A stretch of 64,000 nt of DNA from Octopus sinensis (lineage: Eukaryota), in the NCBI RefSeq assembly GCF_006345805.1, contig NW_021831985.1, positions 124,001-188,000 of the forward strand, read 5' to 3'. The number at the start of each line of letters is the position of its first letter. The stretch's first letter is position 1. The position numbers and the translations under genes were made by a program. Shown in pieces: positions 1 through 13,450 of the stretch. A model generated the notes under the pieces. It had not been told where the DNA came from. It ran no database searches and saw only the letters and a list, made by a program, of their open reading frames with translations.

Positions 1-522
1 ATATAGAGATATACATATACATACACACATAAATGCACACACTACACTCATACTAAATTTGCATCAAGCAGCAATTCTACTAACATCTACTTGAAATTTT
101 TAAAAAAACTTTTGTCAAGAAAAAATTCTTTTTGTTTTTTTTTTCCATTGTTTTGTTTTGTATTTTTTTTTTCAGTAACGAAAAGAAAAGACAATAATAA
201 TTTATACAAACTTAGTGTCACTCGTAATTTACTCCTTTTTCAAGCTGCCCCATAGAATTAAACATATACAACACATGAATGCAAAAAAAATAAATAAATA
301 AATAGTTGGATTTATACAGAAAAAGAATTTAGGAAAAAAATAAGGAAAAAGTAATTTAATAATAAATCTAAAACAAAGTTATAGAATCCAATTTTAGTAA
401 GACATGACTGTTTTCTAATACAATATAAAGAGTATCTCAAATTTAAACAAATGTCCATATATATATAATGGAAGTTTATTCTTATTTTTCTTAAATTTTT
501 TACTCTCCAAAAAACAAAAACC

Positions 523-1235
523 GGATCTTTACCTTTTTGACCGGCAGATTTAGAAAATAATTTTTTGTAACTAAACCCTTTCAAACTTCGTATGCTGGTA
601 GAATGTGTCATATAAAACATCTTTTACTCTTAGCGTTTTTGAGAAAAGTTTATATTTACGAAGTTATTTCGAGTTAAAGTTGTCGTATTTCGGTAATTTC
701 AACCAATCAATGACGTGTATTTCAGCTGAATAAAAACTATTGGCAGTGTATATTTCGTTTGTCACTGTTATTTATGACATCTTTCATGCGTTTGTACTGG
801 TTTTAGCTTTAAGGTTTTAGGGTTAGGGTTGGGGTTTTAGGGTTAGAGTTACGGAAAAAATGAAAGATGAAGCACGAACGATTATGGTGGTGTCATGAAG
901 TAAACATGCTTCAGATACACTCGTTTATTCATACAAACGTAACTGAGATGAAATATGTCATAAATAACAGTGACAAACGAAATATACACCACTGGAAGTT
1001 CTTGTTGACAAACAACAGCAGTAATTTTATTCAGCTGAATACACGTCATTGATTGGTTGAAATTACCAAAATACGACAACTTTAAAATGAAATAACTTCG
1101 TAAACATAAACTTTTCTCAAAAACGCTAAGAGTAAAAGATGTTTTATATGACACATTCTACCAGTATACGAAGTTTGAAAGTGTTTAGTTACAAAAAATT
1201 ATTTTCTAAATCTGCAGGTCAAAAGGTAAAGATCC
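523..1235. mobile_element. Non-autonomous fold-back DNA transposon (MITE), Merlin- or Mutator-like
   Basis: Inverted arms of about 265-290 bp (523-787 and 948-1235) starting GGATCTTTACC and ending GGTAAAGATCC. Flanked by an exact 8-bp duplication CAAAAACC (515-522, 1236-1243). The spacer has telomere-like TTAGGG motifs. The superfamily is inferred from GG termini, long TIRs and the 8-bp TSD. Confidence 0.8.
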
Positions 1236-1803
1236 CAAAAACCTTATATGAAAAATAACTATATATAAAAATGTAATAAGAGCATTAAAAAATCGTGTAT
1301 TTTAAAGGCTATATTTTACATTAAAGTTCCACAAATTACTAAAACAATTAAAAGAAATTCATTAAATGATATAATAAAAAATAATTTTAAAATCCTTTTT
1401 TTGTTTATTCATTTGTTTTAAAATACCAAAGTGAAGACTACTTAAAATATACAATGCTCAGTAAGTATTAAGTGCAGAGCTAGTAGTACAGATATCGTTA
1501 TCAAACACTCAAGGTTCCAGTAGGCAGATCTATTATTATTACCATCATTGTGCGTGAATTATTTCATTTACACTCATAACAAATGCAGACCAGGTTCTCT
1601 TTCACATGAACAGCAAAAGATATGAAATACGACACAAAACGGAACAAGAACAAGAACAAACAGCACTACAAGAAACAAAACTGTGATAAAATACGTTTCA
1701 ATAATGTTGCTTAGGACTGGAATTAAACAGTAGTTCACAATGTATTTATTGACTGTTTTTGCCAACTTATTTCCATTGGAAGCATAAAAATAATTATGTA
1801 ATT

Positions 1804-1975
1804 AGGCGCAGGAGTGGCTGTGTGGTAAGTAGCTTGCTAACCAACCACATGGTTGCGGGTTCAGTCCCACTGCGTGGCATCTTGGGCAAGTGTCTTCTGC
1901 TATAGCCCCAGGCCGACCAATGCCTTGTGAGTGGATTTGGTAGACGGAAACTGAAAGAAGCCTGTCGTATATATG

Positions 1976-2006
<31 letters not shown>

Positions 2007-2190
2007 CCCTAACATTGATTGACAACTGATGCTGGTGTGTTTACGTCCCCGTCACTTAGCGGTTCGGCAAGAGACCGATAGAATAAGTACTGGGCTTACA
2101 AAGAATAAGTCCCGGGGTCGATTTGCTTGACTAAAGGCGGTGCTCCAGCATGGCCACAGTCAAATGACTGAAACAAGTAAAAGAAAAAAG
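1804..2190 (+). mobile_element. tRNA-derived SINE, family A (CORE-like centre), near full length
   Basis: A box TGGCTGTGTGG, B box GGTTCAGTCCC, CTTGGGCAAG core, internal (TA)/(TG) microsatellite and a tail ending GAAACAAGTAAAAG. Many further copies occur in the window. Confidence 0.75.
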
Positions 2191-4039
2191 AAAGAATCTT
2201 TCGACAATTGAATGCATTTAATTAAGAGGCAGTCATTAATGATTTAAGTGGCTTTTACACACGAGTGGCATTGATAGGCTGACACTTTAATAAAAGAACA
2301 CAGACCAGCTTGGCTGTGTTGTTCAGCTTACTTTGCAACCATGTGGTTTCAGGTTCAATCCCATTGCATGACACCTAAGGCAACTGTCTTCAAGTATAGC
2401 CCTGAGCCAAGCTCTGCCTAGAGTTTCTTTAACTATGGCCTTGAGCTAACCAATTCCTTGTGAGTGGAATAGGTAGATGTAACTGTAAGAAGTGTGTGTG
2501 TGTGTGTGTGCATGCATGCACATATGCGTGTGCATGTGTGCGACATGCTGATTTAGTCATCAACCATGCAAGTGGTGTCATCATTTGCAATCTGCCATGA
2601 GATGAGAGCTGGCAACAGGAAAGGCCTGCGGCCATAGAGAAACTGCTTCAATAAGGTTTGTCTGGCCCAAAAGAATGGTGAAAATGATGCATGGAATTGG
2701 TCATACTTTTGAGTTTAAAAAAAAAAAAAAAAAAAAAACAGAAAAAGAAAAGAAAACTATATAAAAGTAAATTTAACTGTTACTGAAAATGTTTGTTGAT
2801 CATAAGAGCCATCCAATCCATGCCCGTCTGGAAAATGGACATTAAAAGGATGATGATGATTAAGAACAGCACTTAAAGACTTCTTGCTTTCTCCAAGCTA
2901 TAATTTATTCATCATTATCTTTCCCCTGCCCCACCATTTTTGAAGCCCATTTTTCTGGGCTTGCATGTCAGATGGAATCTGTTATGCCCTTCCTATCACC
3001 AATCCTCACCTGTTTCCAAGTAAGATAACATTTCCCCCCCATGGCCAGTCATGTTTACATAGAAAACTGCACACAATCAACACTGCTTGTATGACAGTGA
3101 AGCTCATTTACGGCTATCACATGATGTCAAGGCAATGAAACAAACACACATGTACATTTATGACAGGCTTCTTTTTAGTTTACATCTACCAAATCCAATC
3201 ACAGGGATTAGGTCAACCTACAGCCGCCGAGGTTAACTTTGCCTTTCATCCTCTCGGAGTCGATAAATAAAGTACCAGTTTCGCACTGGGTCGATGTAAT
3301 CAACTTAATCCCTTTGTCTGTCCTTGTTTGTCCCCTCTGTGTTTAGCCCCTTGTGGGTAGTAAAGAAATATATAGTAGAAGACACTTGCCCAACGTGACA
3401 CAAAGTGAGACTGAACCCAAAACCATGTAACTGGGAAACCAACTCCTTAACTACACGTCCATGCCTGCACCTATTTGAATGCTCAGCCCTTTGAAACCAT
3501 CAGTTAATTACACTGTGCTTCTATTGATGGATTTGAACACTGTCATGCTATCTACATGGCAACAGTCCAATGATTGATATTAGTATAAAACTATAAAACA
3601 ATTGACAGGTGTACTGAAACAGCATAAAAGTACTTTTGACCAGTGAAGGACAAAAGTTGATAGGATCAACAGATCAATTCTTCTTCAGTCAATTGGGTGC
3701 AAGAAAACAAGAGGCTACATGTCTTACTATCAGCAACACTTACAGATCGTTTGAAAAAGTCGACCACACAAATGCACTTTTGTAAAAGTCAATAAACCAC
3801 CAAAGGAATGAAAGGGGGAAATATCAACAATAAAAGGACAAGGAAAATACAGGTGAAGCATATGAAGAAAACAATAAAAAAATTCATGTGGGAGTGTAAG
3901 AAGGGGAGAGATAGAGGGGGAATGTGTATGCACGTGTGCATGTATATACTAATCAGAATTATGCATTGAAAGTGTATCATTAAGGAGTGACAAAAAAAAA
4001 TTGAATTATCAATAATTCAAATACAATTACACATGGACA

Positions 4040-4083
<44 letters not shown>

Positions 4084-4100
4084 ATATATATATATCTACA

Positions 4101-4237
4101 GCATCCAGCTGTAGAAACACTGCCAGATCTGACTGGACTGGTGCAGCTTTCGGGCTCCCCAGACCCCAGTTGAACCGTCCAACCCATGCTAGCATGGAAA
4201 GCGGACGTTAATTGATGATGATGATGATGATGATGAT
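4101..4237 (+). mobile_element. 3' end of RTE-type LINE or RTE-dependent SINE with (GAT)n tail
   Basis: CCATGCTAGCATGGAAAGCGGACGTTAA followed by (GAT)n. The same tail is joined to RTE RT remnants at 36165-36600 and 40490-41150. Confidence 0.7.
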
Positions 4238-4261
4238 ATATATACATACACACACACACAC

Positions 4262-4331
<70 letters not shown>

Positions 4332-4435
4332 GCATGCACACACACATATATCTTTCATTCATCAGCCTCTCACTGTTGAACCATTCATCTCAACACATTA
4401 TTTTCTCTCTCCTTTTTTTTTTTTTTAACCTCTTA

Positions 4436-4566
4436 ATCCTTTCTGATGAAGAGAGTAGGTTCAAACCGTAAAAGACTTTTCCATTCTTCCCAAGCGTTAA
4501 ACTAATACACTTGCTTGTTGTTCCTACACTTGTCTCCGCCTTTTGTTTTCTGTAAATTTGAACTAT
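4436..4566 (+). mobile_element. Penelope-like terminal-repeat fragment with degenerate minimal hammerhead motif
   Basis: TCCTTT-CTGATGA-AGAGAGTAGGTTC-AAACCGTAAAAG. A related copy lies at about 25627-25770 (CTGTTGAAGAGCGTAGGCTTGAAACATAAAAG). Confidence 0.45.
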
Positions 4567-4589
4567 ACACACACATATATATATATATA

Positions 4590-5753
4590 CACACACACAC
4601 ACAACCTTGATTTACAAATGCTTCTCAATATGAACAAGTGGTTTATGAACAATTTTTTAAACATAAAACTTCGCGCGTGACGTACGTGTCTCAAGTAACA
4701 AACACACAAGCTACAAACAATGGCTGACAAGAGGCTAGAAGCATCAGCAAGAGTGTTTCAGTTGCGGTCTAACTTTCACTCAGTCCATATCGCTGCTTGA
4801 ATTTCCCATTACACAGTGCATCCACTAACGGATTTAAACACTTGTCGTGCGATCTACATGGCCACAGTCCAATGATTGATAAACTAATAAAACTATAAAA
4901 TGATTGGCAAGTGTACTGAAACAGCATAAAAGAAATGCTTTTGACCAATGGGTTTCCAATGGGAAAAATAGTTTTGGTTTACAAGCATTTTAGATTCTCT
5001 TGAGTCTCCATCAGAAAAAATAGTTTGGATCTAGGAGCAGTTCAAGTGACAAACAGCCTTCAGGAATGAATTAGATTCTTAAATCAGGGTTCCACTGTAT
5101 ATTTATATTCAAAAGGCTACTCAAATGAATAAACTAATTGCAAAGTGTGTTCTCGCTAATCTAGAGGATAGGTAGGTACTGATGAAGCCCAAAACCTGCC
5201 CTTCTCCTCAACAAAAATGACATTACACACAAGGGTCTGGTACTTTATCTGCTATAGTTATACCTATTTCTTTACTACCCACAAGGGGCTAAACACAGAG
5301 GGGACAAACAAGGACAAACAAATGGATTAAGTTGATTACATCAACCCCAGTGCGTAACTGGTACATATTTACTCAACCCCGAAAGGATGAAAGGCAAAGT
5401 TGACTTCGGTGGAATTTGAACTCAGAATGTAGCGGCAGACGAAATACCGCTAAGCATTTCGCCCGGCGTGCTAGCGTTTCTGCCAGCTCGCCGCCTTTTA
5501 TCTGCCATAGTTACACCTCGTACATGTAGACTCGACAAACTGTAATGCAGAGTTTCATACAATAGATCATCAGTGGGTCATGATTGTCTGATGATCTGTT
5601 ACATGAAACTCTAAATAACAGTTTGCAAAGTTTTTACAGCTTAAACAAAATACCATTATTATTCAATCTTTGGTATTAAGGGACTATATTTTCATCTTGT
5701 TTTGCACCTATGTGCTCACACATGTGTTTATGGGTGTGCACGAGTGTGTGTAA

Positions 5754-5823
<70 letters not shown>

Positions 5824-6972
5824 ACCTTGATTTACAAATGCTTCTCAATATGAACAAGTGGTTTATGAACAATTTTTTAAACATAAAACTTCGCGCGTGA
5901 CGTACGTGTCTCAAGTAACAAACACACAAGCTACGAACAAAATCTGACAAGAAGCTAGAAGCATCAGCAAGAGTGTCTCAGTTGCGGTCTAACTTTCACT
6001 CAGTCCATATCGCTGCTTGAATTTCCCATTACACAGTGCATCCACTAACGGATTTAAACACTTGTCGTGCGATCTACATGGCCACAGTCCAATGATTGAT
6101 AAACTAATAAAACTATAAAATGATTGGCAAGTGTACTGAAACAGCATAAAAGAAATGCTTTTGACCAATGGGTTTCCAATGGGAAAAATAGTTTTGGTTT
6201 ACAAGCATTTTAGATTCTCTTGAGTCTCCATCAGAAAAAATAGTTTGGATCTAGGAGCAGTTCAAGTGACAAACAGCCTTCAGGAATGAATTAGATTCTT
6301 AAATCAGGGTTCCACTGTATATTTATATTCAAAAGGCTACTCAAATGAATAAACTAATTGCAAAGTGTGTTCTCGCTAATCTAGAGGATAGGTAGGTACT
6401 GATGAAGCCCAAAACCTGCCCTTCTCCTCAACAAAAATGACATTACACACAAGGGTCTGGTACTTTATCTGCTATAGTTATACCTATTTCTTTACTACCC
6501 ACAAGGGGCTAAACACAGAGGGGACAAACAAGGACAAACAAATGGATTAAGTTGATTACATCAACCCCAGTGCGTAACTGGTACATATTTACTCAACCCC
6601 GAAAGGATGAAAGGCAAAGTTGACTTCGGTGGAATTTGAACTCAGAATGTAGCGGCAGACGAAATACCGCTAAGCATTTCGCCCGGCGTGCTAGCGTTTC
6701 TGCCAGCTCGCCGCCTTTTATCTGCCATAGTTACACCTCGTACATGTAGACTCGACAAACTGTAATGCAGAGTTTCATACAATAGATCATCAGTGGGTCA
6801 TGATTGTCTGATGATCTGTTACATGAAACTCTAAATAACAGTTTGCAAAGTTTTTACAGCTTAACAAAATACCATTATTATTCAATCTTTGGTATTAAGG
6901 GACTATATTTTCATCTTGTTTTGCACCTATGTGCTCACACATGTGTTTATGGGTGTGCACGAGTGTGTGTAA

Positions 6973-6978
<6 letters not shown>
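4590..6978. repeat. Tandem duplication, period about 1220 bp, about 99% identical
   Basis: ACAACCTTGATTTACAAATG occurs at 4601 and 5821. The units are separated and bounded by (TA)n tracts, and each contains the same SINE. Confidence 0.9.
5261..5495 (-). mobile_element. tRNA-derived SINE, family B (Nin/Deu-domain type); duplicated at 6481-6715
   Basis: The minus strand reads GGCGGCGAGCTGGCAGAAACGCTAGCACG...GAGTTCAAATTCC...GCCTTTCATCCTTTCGGGG...GTACCAG, matching the Nin-type central domain. Confidence 0.75.
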
Positions 6979-7027
<49 letters not shown>

Positions 7028-8141
7028 TACATATATGTAGAGAGATATACACACAATTGTGTGCACATACTCCTGCATATGCATATTTAACCAATACAGT
7101 CTTACACAAAAACAGTGCAAATTTGAAGAATTTTCAGTAAGAAATAAAAGTGCCACTACATGGAAATTATATATATATGGAAAAAGAAAAGAAAAAACTA
7201 TTCATATTTTCAAACAACATTGTGTTCGAAGAATCATTCCATGCTCTATTATTGTTATGGATTAAGTCTTAGAAGAAGCAAGGGGAAGAGAAAGAGAAGG
7301 GGTAAGAAAATATATAAAAAAAAAGTCAAAAACAACCTAAGCTTAAATTTTCAAAAATGTGTGTTATTTGAAGCTATTCTTTGAAAAAAAAATATTGTTT
7401 GCTCAAATATATTTTTAAGTCAAAAGATGAGAATCTTATCTTAAGTAAAAGACTGCATTAGATGATTTGATTTTGCCAAAAAAGAATAAAATATGAAAAT
7501 TAAAAAAAAAAAGAGAAAAACAAAATCTGTTCAATTCTCATCCAAATTGAAATGGTACAGTAGGATTTTTGTAGAATTTTTTTTTTATCATATATACTTA
7601 CATATCTATCTGCGCGTGCGCGCATGTATGTGTGTGCTCACACACATACATGAAGTAAATTATATTAAGATGAAATGAAAATACTAAAAAATTAAATGAA
7701 ACGACAAAGCTATAAGGAGATCATTGTTTTGATAAATATTACTTGAAACATGAGAATGTGAATGCAAAGAAAATACATAGATGAGTAATGGTTGGTAGTG
7801 GGGAGATGCGTGTGAGAGAGGGGTGGGGAGAAATCAGTCAAAACTAAAAGCATATTTGTTTTCAAGAATGTATGTAGAATATCCTTCAAAGTCTTGTTAA
7901 ACCCGATGTATATTTTCAAAAACACAGCCACTTAAGCTAAGAACATCATCGTCATCATCATCCTCAATGCCATCTTCCTCATCATCACTGTTGTCATCTG
8001 TGCTATTGTCATCATGCAAACATGCATCTTTTCAATTGCTGGTGGAGTTTAATTAAAAGAAACGAGCTCTAAAAGAATACTTTCAAGTTTCTCAACGCTG
8101 CGTTTCCTATTTCATTTGCGAAACATGGTTACCTAATTTAA

Positions 8142-8492
8142 CATACTTCTTCCTCAACATGCTGCTACTGCTACTGTTCTTGCAAACCCTGAACAAGCAG
8201 ACCTATAAATTTAGGGCCCTCTTGTTGTGACTAAGAATCATTTTCAGACATTATCTAATGCATTCCTTTGATAGCTTATTTTCCAAATATTGTGGAGTGT
8301 GGTTTGAAGATCTGCCATACTTCTTCCTCAACACGCTGCTGCTGCTGGTGTTCTTGCAAACCCTGAACAAGCAGATCTATAAATTGAGGGCCCTCTTGTT
8401 GTGACCACTAAGAATCATTTTCAGACATCATCTAATGCATTCCTTTGATAGCTTATTTTCCAAATATTGTGGAGTGTTGTTTGAAGATCTGC
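8142..8492. repeat. Tandem duplication of about 175 bp inside a decayed coding-like region
   Basis: CATACTTCTTCCTCAACA starts at 8142 and 8316. The units are 174 and 177 bp with scattered substitutions. Confidence 0.85.
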
Positions 8493-10329
8493 TTGCTATT
8501 TCTGGCAGGTCAAAAGATTACACAGAGATGCCATAAACTGCTTGGTAGTTCCAGCAGAAAAGGAATTGTCAGCATTGATTGGGTCCCAATCAACCCTAAT
8601 GAAGAATGCATGCGATTAATAACAAAAAAATGTTCCCACCACAGCAAGGTAGCAAGCATCCCGAGTTCAAATGCTACTTCGGTTAACTTTGCTTTTTGTC
8701 TTTTCGGTGTCAATAAAGCAAGTACTAGTCAATGCAATGGTGGATGTAATCAACGTGCTTCTTGCCCACATCAACAGCTGGCCTTGTGTCAAAATTAGAA
8801 TTTAAATAATTCAAGAATTTGCAGCTATTTCTGGTAAACTGAGGAAGCAACAACCTTCACTTTTGCTTTTGTCCATAGGTAGTCAGTCTTCTGCCTTGAA
8901 CTCCATTTCTAGTAGAACTCTGACCAGCAATTCAACACTTGCTCATTCACACAATATCAGCATCAATTCTATTATTCAGCATCAGCATCAATTCACATTA
9001 TTTTCTCTACCATCTCCATCACCTTCCAAATGCCTAGCTGTGTTAATTTCTATGTTATTAGCCTCACTAATTCTCTCTCTTTCACACACACATACACACA
9101 CAAAGAGAGGAACATAACACATAATGCTGAATGCAGTTGAATCATTCATCTCCAATCACATCTACTTTTAACTTTAACTTGTTTCAATCACAGGCTTGCA
9201 GTCATGTTGTGGTCCCACCCTGTAATGTTTAGTCAAACAAATCTAGACCCCAGTAACAACTTTTTAAAACTGGTACATATTCTATTGAACACTTTTGAAC
9301 AGTTAAATTACTGGGTCATAAATAAACCAACACCAGCTGTCAAGTGCCAGGGAAGAACAAACACGAAACTAAGACACTCTGACATATATATATTGACTAA
9401 ATTGGCAACATGACCATCTCCAAATACAACAATATATATATATTTCTTTACTACACACAGCGGGGACAAACAAGGACAGACAAAGGGATTAAGTCGATTA
9501 CATCGATCCCAGTGCGTAACTGGTACTTAATTTATCGACCCCGAAAGGATGAAAGGCAAAGTCGACCTTGGCGGAATTTGAACTCGGAACGTAACGACAG
9601 ACGAAATATGGCTACACATTTCACCTAGCTAACGGTTCTACCAGCTCGCTATATAACAGGTTTGCACACAGTTTTGATTAGCCAAATTCCCTAAGAAGTA
9701 CTGATTGGCCACAGTTTATAGTAGAAGAACCTTACCCACAAAATACCTATTTCTTTACTACCCACAAGGGGGTATAAATACAGAGGGGACAAACAAGGAC
9801 AGACATAGGTATTAAGTCGATTACATCGACCCCAGTGCGTAAGTGGTACTTAATTTATCGACCCCGAAAGGATGAAAGGCAAAGTTGACCTCGGCGGAAT
9901 TTGAACTCAGAACGTAACGGCAGACGAAATACCAAAATACCATACAGTGGGACTGAGCCTGATAGCACATGGTCCTAGAGCAAGATCCTTAACCGCAGTC
10001 ATGCCTGAGCAGTTTCACTTTCACCATGTTAGACTAGTTGCAATTGCTGAGTTTACATGTTGTTTGTTGCCTATATATTATACTGTTATGAGATGAACCA
10101 TGCTATCAACTAGGATCAGCTGATAACAAGGTTCAGTCACACTCATTTATCAGTCAACAAGGCTGATAAAAGGAGAATGACTCAACAAATGAGTCTGCAG
10201 GCTAATTTGCAAAATCACAGCTAATTTGTTGCCTTTGTTATTTATACACATGACTTTGACTACTGTGGCAATTGTTTTTTTTTTTTGTTGTTGTTTGGTT
10301 TTCTTTTGGGGAATAATGATTCAATGAGT

Positions 10330-10748
10330 GGCGCAGGAGTGGCTGTGTGGTAAGTAGCTTGCTAACCAGCCACATGGTTCCAGGTTCAGTCCCACTGCGT
10401 GGCATCTTGGGCAAGTGTCTTCTGCTATAGCCCCGGGCCAACCAATGCCTTGTGAGTGGATTTGGTAGACGGAAACTGAAAGAAGCCTATCATATATATG
10501 TATATATATATAAGTGTGTGTGTATATGTTTGTGCGTCTGTGTTTGTCCCCCTAGCATTGTTTGACAACCAATGCTGGTGTGTTTACGTCCCCGTCACTT
10601 AGCGGTTCAGCAAAAGAGACCGATAGAATAAGTACTGGGCTTACAAAGAATAAGCCCCGGGATCGATTTGCTCGACTAAAAGGCGGTGCTCCAGCATGGC
10701 CGCAGTCAAATGACTGAAACAAGTAAAAGAGTAAAGAGTAAAGAGTAA
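10330..10748 (+). mobile_element. tRNA-derived SINE family A, near full length, with (AAAGAGT)n tail
   Basis: Same head, core and tail as 1804-2190, ending GTAAAGAGTAAAGAGTAA. Confidence 0.75.
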
Positions 10749-10788
10749 TGACATTATCCAAAATGTGTATTTATTTGTGTGTATGTAA

Positions 10789-10839
<51 letters not shown>

Positions 10840-12595
10840 TTTTTATTTATTTATGTGTATGTAAATTTATATTTATATGTTTACGTAAATATGTATTTAT
10901 GGTTGGTATTAGGAAGGGCATCCAGCCACAAAATCCCTGCCAGAACAGACACAGTAGCGTACGGTAGTTTTTCTACTTGGCCAGCTCTTGCCAACCATCC
11001 TACTCATGCATGGAAGATGGACATTAAACGATGGTGATGATGACGATATACATATATATATATATATTTCTTTATTGCCCACAAGGGGGCTAAACATAAG
11101 GGGACAAACAAGGACAAAGGGATTAAGTCAATTACACTGACAAGAAAGTTCCATCCAACCCATACCAGAATGGGGGGAAAAGTAGGCATAGAAACGATGA
11201 TGATAACGATGCTGAGGAGGTTTGCCAGGTTAGGAAACATTAAAGTATAAAGCTAACCATAATTCAGTATTCAACAAACTCCCAATAACAAATTAATTTT
11301 CAATACAAAGAACTTTTTCAAACAATTCATCAGCTTATTTACAAGATACAACAGACATTTTTTTTTTAAAGAATCTTAATTTCATTATTAATTAAATCAC
11401 ATCAATTTACATTTTATACTCTGCAATCAACTTACAATATTATTCTCCTTGTTTGAAAAAAAAAAATCAAATTATAAATAATATGAATAATAAATGAATT
11501 AAAATAAAATGAATTAAAATAAAATGCATTAAACATGGAAAAGATTCCGTAATATATTCATTAACCAAATTATTCTAACGTCATCAGCCTTAATGTTTCA
11601 TTTATCCCCAATTTCCATAGGTTACAGAAGAATCAATTATTATTAAAATACTTGAATTTACATTTATTATACAAACGAAGAAGTTCTCAATGAAAACTCT
11701 CGAATGAGACATTCATGTGAACAAGACAAACAAGCAAAAACGAATAGACACAACAACAACAACAACAACAATTGTTAAGTAGACGATATATAAAACAAGG
11801 TAGCCAGCCCATTGTGTAAACACACACGAAGGAAACAATGTAAGGAAAGAATAAATAAACATACTGAAAATCCAATAGTCAATAAAAGCAAACAATTCCC
11901 ATGTAACTCTAACTGAAACAAGCAACTTAATGTACTGCACAAAAACATTAGGCTGCAATCAAATCACTAGAAATTTCATCTTTAGAGAACTTAAATATGC
12001 AATGGATCATAATTTAACCCTTCCAGTATACAGATTGTTCTATCAAACGTAATGCTTATTTATTCGCGTTGCTTTTGATTAATCACACGTTATCCCGTGG
12101 CTTCAAGATTTCAATGATGTAACTGTTTATTTTTAGAATGACATTGAAGGATATATAAGCATGAGAGGCCTGATCTGGTTGGTTTGAGCATAAAACAAGT
12201 AGAATATTCCAGGGCCTGATATGACTGGTAAAGGGTACTTGGATGCAAAATATACTACATGTTAAGCCAACAAGGGAATCTCTACGTAGGTGATTCAGCT
12301 GCTACTACCAGCATCAAATTTGCAGTTGTTAGAATGCTGGCTAAACATCCTGTGCCAGTTGGTTCAATTCTTTATATTCTGAGTTCAAATCCTACTGAGA
12401 TTAACCTTGCCTTTCATCTTTCCAGGGCCAACAATTAAGTATCAATCCATTGCCATGGATTGACAAAACTGCTTGGGAGTCAGGCAAGATAGTTTGCAAT
12501 ATCTGTTGAAGATCTTTATACACCGGCAGTAATGATTGTGACAACACTGGTGCTAAGCTGTATCACCCCAAAGTTTTCGAGAGAATAAAGGTCAA

Positions 12596-13040
12596 GTGTC
12601 TTCAGCCTTTCTTCATTTGTCTTATGAGGAAAGGCTGAAGACGCTCGGCCTTTATTCTCTCAAAAAACGACGACGCCGTGGTGATCTCATTCTCGCTCCC
12701 AACATCATAAGCGGAAAGTGTAACCTCTCAAAAGAGCTGTTCTTCACCCCTACTCCAGAGCGTGGGATGCGGGGTCACTCCGAAAAGCTCTATCTTCGAC
12801 GATTTCATCTCAATCGAAGTAGAGGGGCTTTCTCCGTCTGGGTTGCGGATCCGTGGAATAAGCTGCCAGACGAGAGAGTGAAGATGCCGACGACCGCTCG
12901 GTACAAAGTCTCTCTTGACCAGAAATGGCCTGAACTCTTTGTATGACCACCCTCCCTGTACATAACTCCCTGTGCCCCTACATGGACTTGCTTTTGCTTT
13001 TTCAGCCAATAAAAATTGAACTGAAAAAAAAACTGAAAAA
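12596..13040 (+). mobile_element. 5'-truncated CR1-group LINE (RT C-terminus plus 3' UTR)
   Basis: The ORF contains LSYEERLKTLGLYSL..RRRRGDLI...RGHSEKL...WNKLP, typical of the CR1/L2-group RT C-terminal region. It is followed by AATAAA and an AACTGA/A-rich tail. Confidence 0.85.
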
Positions 13041-13199
13041 ATCAGCAGCATTTCCCTTGGTTAAACATAAGTAGCATAGAGAGAGGGGAGACTTGCATGC
13101 ATGACGAACTGCCTGTCTTCCTCAAAACAATCTTGCGCAGGTCCTGTGCATATAAGTATAGATGTATGGTCAACCTTGTCCAATGAAAACCAAGGCCTC

Positions 13200-13450
13200 T
13201 GAGAGTACCATCTGTGGTCTCTTATCAAACATAACCACTTTGTGCCAGTCTTTGCTGCCATGGCTGTCTCCCTAACAGCTTTCATCAGTTGTTTGGGTTC
13301 CAGACCAATCTTTTGCAACAAATGATGTATTCATCTAGCTGGCTTCAATGAGAATGAGATTGCATTCCTTTCTTTGGTCAAGTTGTGATATTTTTAGCCA
13401 CATTACACCTTGTACTGATGTGTAACATTAAGCAAAAGATCAGTTTGTAC
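13200..13450 (-). mobile_element. Degenerate C-terminus of an RLE-type non-LTR retrotransposon (HERO/NeSL-like)
   Basis: LQKIGLEPKQLMKAVRETAMAAKTGTKWLCLIRDHRW resembles the terminal helices after the RLE domain. The upstream motifs are disrupted. Confidence 0.4.
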
